A stretch of 32,000 nucleotides of DNA, from assembly GCF_000092105.1 (NCBI RefSeq), contig NC_014148.1:4590001-4622000 (forward strand). Direction: 5' to 3'. Both the position numbers and the translations under genes were made by a program. The notes beneath the pieces were generated by a model that searched no databases, had not been told where the DNA came from, and was given only the letters and a program-made list of their open reading frames with translations. Shown here one piece after another: positions 25,356-32,000 of the stretch. The DNA is from Planctopirus limnophila DSM 3776 (GTDB lineage Bacteria > Planctomycetota > Planctomycetia > Planctomycetales > Planctomycetaceae). Each line of letters opens with the position of its first letter. Within the stretch, counting starts at the first letter, position 1.

Positions 25356-26933
25356 ATGAAGTTCCTCGCAGGAAACACCGTTGGCGTTGACCTTGGCACG
25401 ACTTATTCTGCGATGGCACGGATTGGTGCCGATGGCCAGCCGACCTCGCTGCAGAATGCTGATGGTCGCAACATTACGCCTTCGGTGGTGCTGCTGGCTG
25501 ACGACGGCTCAGTAGTCGTCGGCCCCTCAATTGAGCGTGCCTCGTTAGAATCGGCCGATCATATTGTCGAAGCTGTGAAGCGGCAGATGGGCAATAAAGA
25601 CTACTATGTGGTCTATCAGGGTAAGAAGCTGACACCTGAGTTTATCTCGGCCCTGATTCTCAAAAAGATGAAACAGGACGCGGAAAAAGAGATCGGCCCG
25701 ATCACCAATGCCGTCGTAACAGTCCCGTATTACTTCAATGATGTTCGTCGTAAAGCGACACAGGACGCAGGTCGTATTGCGGGTCTGAACGTGGTCGACA
25801 TTATCAACGAACCGACAGCCGCGACGCTTGCGTATGCGTGGATGAAGGGGGAATTGGGCCGGACAGATCTGATCCAGGAGCCGAAGACCATTCTCGTGTA
25901 CGACCTGGGTGGTGGTACGTTCGACGTGACCGTCGTGCGATACACGCCAACACAATTCCGGGTTCTGGCGACGGACGGTGACGTGATGCTGGGTGGTCTC
26001 GACTGGACGAGACGACTTGTCGACCATGTGGCGGAACAGTTCTTGCGCAAGTTTGGCGAAGATCCCCGGGAGGATGCCGACGCCATTCGCGATTTCAACC
26101 GGGAGTGTGAACAGGCCAAGCGGGATCTGAGTAGCAAGCCACAAGTCCCGGTGACCGTTTACTTCCGCGGGAAAACGCTGTCAGTCTCGTTGACACGCAC
26201 TGATTTTGAACGCATGACGGCTGATCTGCTCCAGCGAACACAGGATACGACCGAACTCGTGCTGCAACAGGCCGGCGTAGCCATGGGGCAACTGGACGAT
26301 GTTGTGCTGGTGGGCGGTTCGACTTACATGCCTGCTGTCGAGAAGATGCTGGCAGAGACTTGCGGCCGTAAACCTTCGCGAGATCTCAGGCCGGAAGAAG
26401 CGGTCGCCCAGGGGGCTGCTATTCATGCGGCCATTCTGGAAGCGCGGGCTGGTGTCCAGAACTCGCAAGTGGTCGATGCCATTCGCAAGCGGCTCAACAA
26501 CGTGACGACTCTGGATGTGAACTCCCATTCGCTGGGAGTGAAGGTCTCCAGTCCGGAAGACCGGGCCAAGAAGATCAATCACATCATGATTCCCAAGAAC
26601 ACGAACATTCCCTACAGCCTGACGCAGCGCTTCCGCACGAATGCTGATAATCAGAAAACGATTCACGTTTACATTCTCGAAGGGGATGCGAAAGATCCCG
26701 CAGCCTGTACGCAGATTGGTGATTTCCGCATCACAGGCTTGCCGGCAAATCTCCCGGCTGGTTCACCAGTCGAAGTAACCTACAGTTACGAATCGACAGG
26801 TCGAATTGCTGTGGCTGCACGGGAACTTGTCAGTGGCAAGGCCGCCTCGACTGAAATCGTTCGGGATATGGGCCTGACAGACCAGAACATCGATGTCTTC
26901 GAAGAACTGGCCAAGGGTTACAAGGTCGAATAG
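25356..26933 (+). CDS. Hsp70-family protein (DnaK paralog without the alpha-helical lid)
   Basis: VGVDLGTTYSAMA, VVTVPYYFND..R.AT.DAG.IAGL, IINEPTAATLAY, VYDLGGGTFDVTVV, VLVGGSTYMP and EAVAQGAAIHAA are all the actin-like NBD motifs. A beta-sandwich SBD follows, but the protein ends at 525 aa. Confidence 0.9.
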   Translation: MKFLAGNTVGVDLGTTYSAMARIGADGQPTSLQNADGRNITPSVVLLADDGSVVVGPSIERASLESADHIVEAVKRQMGNKDYYVVYQGKKLTPEFISALILKKMKQDAEKEIGPITNAVVTVPYYFNDVRRKATQDAGRIAGLNVVDIINEPTAATLAYAWMKGELGRTDLIQEPKTILVYDLGGGTFDVTVVRYTPTQFRVLATDGDVMLGGLDWTRRLVDHVAEQFLRKFGEDPREDADAIRDFNRECEQAKRDLSSKPQVPVTVYFRGKTLSVSLTRTDFERMTADLLQRTQDTTELVLQQAGVAMGQLDDVVLVGGSTYMPAVEKMLAETCGRKPSRDLRPEEAVAQGAAIHAAILEARAGVQNSQVVDAIRKRLNNVTTLDVNSHSLGVKVSSPEDRAKKINHIMIPKNTNIPYSLTQRFRTNADNQKTIHVYILEGDAKDPAACTQIGDFRITGLPANLPAGSPVEVTYSYESTGRIAVAARELVSGKAASTEIVRDMGLTDQNIDVFEELAKGYKVE

Positions 26934-27022
26934 GTCGATGAGCGTCGTGATGAAATCTGCTGTGGGATGACATCGATCATGCATCCCGCAGGCAGGCTGA
27001 AAGACGACTGAAAAACATCGGC

Positions 27023-30000
27023 TCAATTGCGTTTGCGAGCCGCTTCCAGTCGCTCTTTCGCCTCGGTGGCGTAACTGACATTCGGAAACTCGCGCAGCAG
27101 CCGTTCGTAGGTCGCAATGGCTTCCTTCCACTGGCTACGCTGTTCGTCGCATTTGGCTGCCTGAAGTAAACCGGCCGCCTGCCATTCGGGGAAGGCGTAA
27201 TTGGAGTAGACCTTCTGGTATTCCAGGAATGCCTGCTTCCAGTTCTCCTGGAGAAAGTAGGTCTCTGCGAGCAGAAACTGGGCCTTGGCAGCGAGTTCTG
27301 TCTGCTGGCTTTGCGGGTCCTTGGTCACGATCTGAAAAGCTGCTCGGGCTTCATCAAATTTGGCTTGCTGTTTGTAGGCTCGGCCAAGAACTTCTCGAAT
27401 CTGCCAGCGGGCAGGTCCGGGTGGTTGCCAGCCATCAAGTTCTTCCGCAGCGTCTGTCAGACCTTCATAGTTGCGATGGCGTAACCGGGCCTCTGCCCAG
27501 AGTACCCAGGGCCTGCCATGCCAGTCTTCGATTTCGCCCTGTTTTCTCGCAGCACGAATGGTTTCGCGCAGAGTATCAAGTTGGGGAAGTAGCGCGGTGG
27601 CAGTTTCCACACTGAGATCAGTGGCCAGTTGAGATTCAGCGAGTGCCACTGCGACTTGCAGCTTTTGGGGGCTTTCGGGATAGGTGGCCACAAACTGACC
27701 ACCCAGTTTTCTGACGTCATCCCAGCGCTGCTGTTCGATGGCGAGCACGACGAGTTGATAAAGAGCCCGTTCTTTCACACTGACATCGGACTGTTCACTT
27801 TCCAGCAGTTCTTCGAGTGATTTTCTCGCCCGCGCAAATTCACCTTGAATCAAGTCGCTCTCCGCCAGGCTCAGCTTCGCGTTATCAGCCAGTGGGCTTT
27901 CCGGACATTCAGCGACTAAGCGCGCAAAAATCTTGTCGGCCTGCTCAAATCGACCTGCCTCATAATTGATCAGAGCCCATTCATTGAGTAACTGATCAAA
28001 CACTTCCGCTTTGGGAAACTTCTTGAGCAAGGTTTCGTACGCTTGATCGGCCTGTTCAAGTCGCCCGGTCTGTTCGAGAGTGCGGGCCATCATCAGGCCC
28101 GAGCGATATCCAAACAGCACCGGGGCTTTCAATTCCTCTTTCACGCTGGCGGCGTCTTTGGGCGTGAAGCGATCAAAAGCCTGTTGAAAGACCTTGAGTG
28201 CTTTCTCGGTCTCTTTCGCCAGCAGCCAAGACTCCCCTTCGTAATACATCGCCTCGGCCTGAAGCGGATGCTGCGGGAATTTTGCCGATAACTGGGCAAA
28301 TTCTTCAGCCGCCAGTTTGTAATCGCCCAGACGAAATCTCGACCAGCCTGTTCCTCGCCACGCAAATGGTTCATTGGTCGTACCTGCGGCCAGTCGCTTC
28401 AGTTTCTCGAAGTCAGCGAGAGCGACTGGCCATTGCTTGGCAGCTTCTGCCACTTCGGCCTGATCCATCAAAGCGGCAGCGACCGCAGGATCACCAGGAA
28501 ACTCGGCTTCAAACTGCTTGATCACAGCTTCGGCCTTGGCCCACTGTTGCGCTTTGGCGTATGCCAGGCCTTGCAGCGCATAGGCCCGCCTTCGCTGAGT
28601 GGCCTGAGGGAACATACTCAGGTATTTACCTGCGACCGCAGCACTGGCTTCAAAGTCGCCAAGGCTGAAGAGGACTGACATCTCGATCACGAGCGATTCG
28701 ATAATCTCCGGGCGAACACTTTGTGCATTGATCTGTGCCGCCAGAGGGGCAATCATTTCCCGCGCTTCGGGAAGTTTGCCCTGCAGTTGCAGAACCAGTC
28801 CTGAAAAGTATCTGGCCTGATCTTTCAGTTCGATCGATGTGGCTCCTTGAAGCGTTTCTTCAAAGGCCACTTGAGCCCGCTGGAGAGCTTCCACATTGCT
28901 CGTGCGGGTCCCTTCTTCAAGATCCCGCCGACCTTCCAGCAGTCGCACATGCCATTTGAGTGAGCTTTCCGGGAAGGACTTGCGAAACTGCGCGATCAAG
29001 CTCTGAGTCTTGGCGGCATCCTGACGATCCAGCGAGAGATCAATCACCATCAGCAACGCATCATCGGCGGAATCACCTTGCGGCCACTTCTCTACAAGCT
29101 GGAGTGCCAGCGCTTCTGCCTTTTGTGTTTGTCCCAGTTGTCTGGCGGTAAGTGTCTGCTGATACAACACGCTTTCCGCGATGGACGATCCACCGGCCAG
29201 GTCAAAGCTCTTTGCAAAAGTAACGAGGGCAGCTTCCAGTTGATTGCCATTTTTCTGGCTCAACCCTTGCCAGTACAGATAGCTCGCCGCCTGTTGCTTC
29301 TGCTGAGGCGTCCATGTCGATGACGTCTTTTCCAACTGAGCGGCAAGTTTTTCAAACTGCGCGGCTGCGGCATCGAACTGACCGGTCTGAAAGAGCGCAT
29401 AGCCGCGGTTAGTGAGTGCTGTCTCTGCGAGCGGGCTTTGAGGATATCGCTCGGCCAGCAATTCAAACTGGCGAATGGCAACGGGATAATCCTTGGCTGT
29501 CGAGGCTTGATTTCCCAGCAGCAGTAAAGCATCAGCTGCATGAGGATGATTCTGTCTGGCGGCGATGGCATCGAGCAGCTTTTGTCCTTCTGCGGTTTTG
29601 CCAGCCGCTGAATAGGCCTGAGCCAGTCCATACTCGATGTCATCCGCAAGGGCACCAGCTGGGAAACGCTTACGGGCTTCCTCGAAGGTGGTGATCGCAG
29701 CTTGCGGGTCTTTGAGCTGGAGCTGTACATCTCCCAGATAAGCAAGTGCCCGTGGTGCCAGGGCATCCTGGGGATACTTTTCCAGATAGCTTTGCAGTTC
29801 CTGCTTCGCAGCCGGGAAATCATTGAGCAAAAAACTGCATTCCGCCACCCGGTAACGTGCCTGAGCGACGTTGCTGTTTTCGGGGAAGTTTTTAAGAAAC
29901 TCTCGCAGGACGGTCCGGGCCTCGACATAGTTCTGCTGGTTGATCAGAGCCAGACCAATGTAGATTTGCGATTCCGGGACTCGCGGACTTTGAGGGTTGG

Positions 30001-30256
30001 CTTTGATGAATTGACGAAAGGATTCGACAGCATCTCCCCAACGACTCTGGCGGTACAATCCCACGCCGTTATTAAAGTCACTCAGGTCTGCTGAATTGGC
30101 AGGCGGCTGTGCCAACGTTGGCTGAAGAGCGAACGATTGGAAACCACAGATCATGGCCAGCCATAAGAGGCTTGAGCAGGCCAGGCGCGCTTTGGCCCTA
30201 ATGGCACCGAGGTCATACCCTCTTGTCGAGCCGTCCTGTGGGACACAGCGATTCAT
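27023..30256 (-). CDS. Large TPR-repeat protein (~1077 aa), secreted, with YbgF/BamD-like TPR units
   Basis: Dozens of TPR-like units (W..A...F..F...YP.S..A..A.Y..G......). Signal-like SSLLWLAMICGFQSFALQPTLAQ. ATG 30256 is preferred because the listed 30412 start lies inside an intrinsic terminator. Confidence 0.85.
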   Translation of the reverse strand: MNRCVPQDGSTRGYDLGAIRAKARLACSSLLWLAMICGFQSFALQPTLAQPPANSADLSDFNNGVGLYRQSRWGDAVESFRQFIKANPQSPRVPESQIYIGLALINQQNYVEARTVLREFLKNFPENSNVAQARYRVAECSFLLNDFPAAKQELQSYLEKYPQDALAPRALAYLGDVQLQLKDPQAAITTFEEARKRFPAGALADDIEYGLAQAYSAAGKTAEGQKLLDAIAARQNHPHAADALLLLGNQASTAKDYPVAIRQFELLAERYPQSPLAETALTNRGYALFQTGQFDAAAAQFEKLAAQLEKTSSTWTPQQKQQAASYLYWQGLSQKNGNQLEAALVTFAKSFDLAGGSSIAESVLYQQTLTARQLGQTQKAEALALQLVEKWPQGDSADDALLMVIDLSLDRQDAAKTQSLIAQFRKSFPESSLKWHVRLLEGRRDLEEGTRTSNVEALQRAQVAFEETLQGATSIELKDQARYFSGLVLQLQGKLPEAREMIAPLAAQINAQSVRPEIIESLVIEMSVLFSLGDFEASAAVAGKYLSMFPQATQRRRAYALQGLAYAKAQQWAKAEAVIKQFEAEFPGDPAVAAALMDQAEVAEAAKQWPVALADFEKLKRLAAGTTNEPFAWRGTGWSRFRLGDYKLAAEEFAQLSAKFPQHPLQAEAMYYEGESWLLAKETEKALKVFQQAFDRFTPKDAASVKEELKAPVLFGYRSGLMMARTLEQTGRLEQADQAYETLLKKFPKAEVFDQLLNEWALINYEAGRFEQADKIFARLVAECPESPLADNAKLSLAESDLIQGEFARARKSLEELLESEQSDVSVKERALYQLVVLAIEQQRWDDVRKLGGQFVATYPESPQKLQVAVALAESQLATDLSVETATALLPQLDTLRETIRAARKQGEIEDWHGRPWVLWAEARLRHRNYEGLTDAAEELDGWQPPGPARWQIREVLGRAYKQQAKFDEARAAFQIVTKDPQSQQTELAAKAQFLLAETYFLQENWKQAFLEYQKVYSNYAFPEWQAAGLLQAAKCDEQRSQWKEAIATYERLLREFPNVSYATEAKERLEAARKRN

Positions 30257-30410
30257 CGCTCTGAGGGATTGATCATGCGTTTGCAATTGGTGCACTTCTC
30301 CTTCCGATAGAAGGCCTGGCAATCCGCCTTTGAACAACATCCCCGCTGGTGATGCGTTTCGGGCCAGACGATTGCCACAGCAATAATCAGAGTAACTTTG
30401 CACGGCTCGC

Positions 30411-30458
30411 AAAAAAAGACCGCCATCGCCATCCTGAGGGGGAAAGGATGACGATGGC
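30411..30458 (-). terminator. Rho-independent terminator on the minus strand
   Basis: The minus strand reads GCCATCGTCATCCT-loop-AGGATGGCGATGGC (14-bp stem, one mismatch), followed by GTCTTTTTTTGC. Confidence 0.6.
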
Positions 30459-30844
30459 AGTCAGTGGACTTGATGCCCAGGTTATTGGACAGGTTGCGGG
30501 GCCTGCACAATTCAGGGCATCAATTCCATTCAAAACGGTCAACATCAGGTGATGGTTCGCTGAAGCCTGCTGAAAACGAACGTCATTCAGGCTTAAGCAG
30601 GAAAGGCAGGCAACAGGTCAGACTCATGCGCAGGAAATAGAACCTTGCTGAGTGATACAGACTGTTCTTTCATCGCTAAGTATCGGGAAGGTGGTCGTCA
30701 CGCATCGGCAAAATCTGCGGAATTCCACTCTTGCCGAATGCAACCTGCCCACCGGATGTAACGATTCTAAGGAATCTTTGAGTCAGAAATCGGCTGACTT
30801 ATGGCTCAGGCACTTTGTTAAGTGCCATGCTTGCAGCTCTGGGC

Positions 30845-31129
30845 TGTCCATTACAAACAACTTTTCACCCACCCATGGGTGGCACGACCCTGGAGGCCCC
30901 AAAAAACAAATCACAGCGAAAGGGCGTCGTTCTTGCGCGGGTGGCAGGGGTCGGATGTCTTCATCCGCCCCCAGGTCATCAAAGTTCGCAAGCACGATTG
31001 CACCTGTATTGTCCCTTCCCCTGACTATTGCCATGAACAGTCAACGCCCCATGAACTGGGGGCAAACGAGGACGTTTGACCCCAGCCACACGTCTAAACA
31101 CCTTTCGGCAAAGTTGTGTGTACGAAGCA
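30845..31129. mobile_element. MITE-like ~285-bp insertion inside a family E hairpin
   Basis: Flanked by the 12-nt direct repeat GCAGCTCTGGGC (30833-30844 and 31130-31141). Removing one copy plus the insert restores CCATGCTTGCAGCTCTGGGCAAGCATGG, the E5-type hairpin. The ends are TG...CA with 22-nt imperfect inverted repeats (15/22 matches, core TACA.ACAACTTT). There is no ORF of transposase size. Confidence 0.5.
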
Positions 31130-31191
31130 GCAGCTCTGGGCAAGCATGGCCTCTTCAACCAACACATCACAATGATTTCACCGAAAGCGAC

Positions 31192-32000
31192 TTATCGCTT
31201 CGGCTCTTCAGGCCATTCCAGCCTGGCACGAACGACAGGGTGATCGGATAGCTTGGTTGGAATGACTTCGGCCGAGATCGTTTTCAGGCCGCGGGTCAAA
31301 ATCCAGTCGATATGAGCGGCCTGAGTGCTGCCATTTCTTCGGGCGATAATCTCGAGCGGATCTTCTGTTCCCTCCACAGCAAGTAACGGTTTCATCAAAG
31401 GATCTTCGGGACGTGTGTTCAAATCCCCCAGCAGGATGCAAGGGGGTGCCAGTGACTTCCACAGCTCGATGAGAATGGGCCATTGTGCGGGTCGATCCGT
31501 CGTGCTGTCGAGATGCGTGGCGAGAACTGTCAGGCGAACTTCACCCATTGAGACGGGAATCAGTGCGATCTGTCGGAAGGCTTTACCTTTCGCATTAGGG
31601 AGTGGAATCGTCGCGATCTGGCCAGGAGGGCGGCTGAGCAATAGACCATTCCCGCCATTCACTTGGCCCCATTGAAACTCTGTGGGAAATTCCATGGCCC
31701 ACAGTCCCATGGATGCGCCCAACTGGCGCGAGAACGTTTTTCCATTGATCAGTACATCTTCCTGCAGGGCAATGATGTCACAGCCATCGAGCAGCTGGCG
31801 AAAGCCATCGATTTTCGCTGGTTGATCACCCCCTTTGCCGCGATGCAAATTGAACGTAGCCACCTCAAAGAGAACTGGCTGATTGGTGGAGTCCGCTTGT
31901 GGCAAATCGACCGCTGTTGGAGATAAGTCTCCATCGGCAGGTGGCGGGAAAATCGCGACTGGCTGATGGAGATCGGCAGGAACCCGGTCACTTCCCCAAG
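31192..32000 (-). CDS. Endonuclease/exonuclease/phosphatase (EEP) family protein, N-terminus possibly outside the window
   Basis: VATFNLHRGKG, DIIALQE, LLSRPP, VLATHLDS, ILLGDLN and SDHPVV are the EEP catalytic motif series. The frame stays open from the listed TTG (31905) to the window edge. Confidence 0.8.
   Translation of the reverse strand, partial: WGSDRVPADLHQPVAIFPPPADGDLSPTAVDLPQADSTNQPVLFEVATFNLHRGKGGDQPAKIDGFRQLLDGCDIIALQEDVLINGKTFSRQLGASMGLWAMEFPTEFQWGQVNGGNGLLLSRPPGQIATIPLPNAKGKAFRQIALIPVSMGEVRLTVLATHLDSTTDRPAQWPILIELWKSLAPPCILLGDLNTRPEDPLMKPLLAVEGTEDPLEIIARRNGSTQAAHIDWILTRGLKTISAEVIPTKLSDHPVVRARLEWPEEPKR

Noticed and set aside
30257-30412. N-terminal 52-aa extension of the TPR ORF (listed start 30412).
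   Set aside because: The extension start lies within the T-tract and stem of a minus-strand intrinsic terminator and precedes the signal-peptide-like segment. ATG 30256 gives a normal signal peptide spacing.

Overview
Chromosomal window, roughly mid-50s % GC by eye. The gene content points to a Planctomycetota-type genome: a tandem FGE/SUMF1-domain protein, a lidless Hsp70 paralog, a giant TPR protein, a PQQ-like propeller and an S1 protein with a long disordered extension. I support 22 protein-coding genes plus one transposase remnant. In order they are: a DUF115-GT2-GT4 glycosylation operon; an orphan GyrB-like ATPase-only gene in an AT-richer islet; sthA; a membrane-anchored hypothetical; a PQQ-like beta-propeller; rpsA-like S1; an orphan beta-class DNA methyltransferase; a secreted double FGE-domain protein; a fasciclin + ECF sigma + RskA-type anti-sigma module; three ORFans; rfbB; hpf; a HEAT-repeat lipoprotein; an Hsp70-family protein; a ~1080-aa TPR protein; and an EEP-family nuclease/phosphatase that is open to the window edge. 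I saw no rRNA, tRNA, CRISPR array, reverse transcriptase, integrase or intact transposase. The intergenic space is unusually structured, with at least five families of short palindromic or mosaic repeats (called A-E here). These include a REP-like hairpin element next to a RAYT/IS200-like transposase remnant, with a second copy 5.4 kb away, and a hairpin repeat that appears split by a ~285-bp MITE-like insertion flanked by a 12-bp duplication. The best candidates for something new are (i) the standalone GyrB 43-kDa-like ATPase islet, (ii) the hairpin-targeted MITE and the structure-conserving hairpin family, and (iii) the REP/RAYT-bracketed segment carrying the FGE and sigma/anti-sigma/fasciclin genes. 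I could not recognise a clear multi-gene novel system (defence, secretion or biosynthetic). All family assignments are by-eye motif recognition and need database confirmation.
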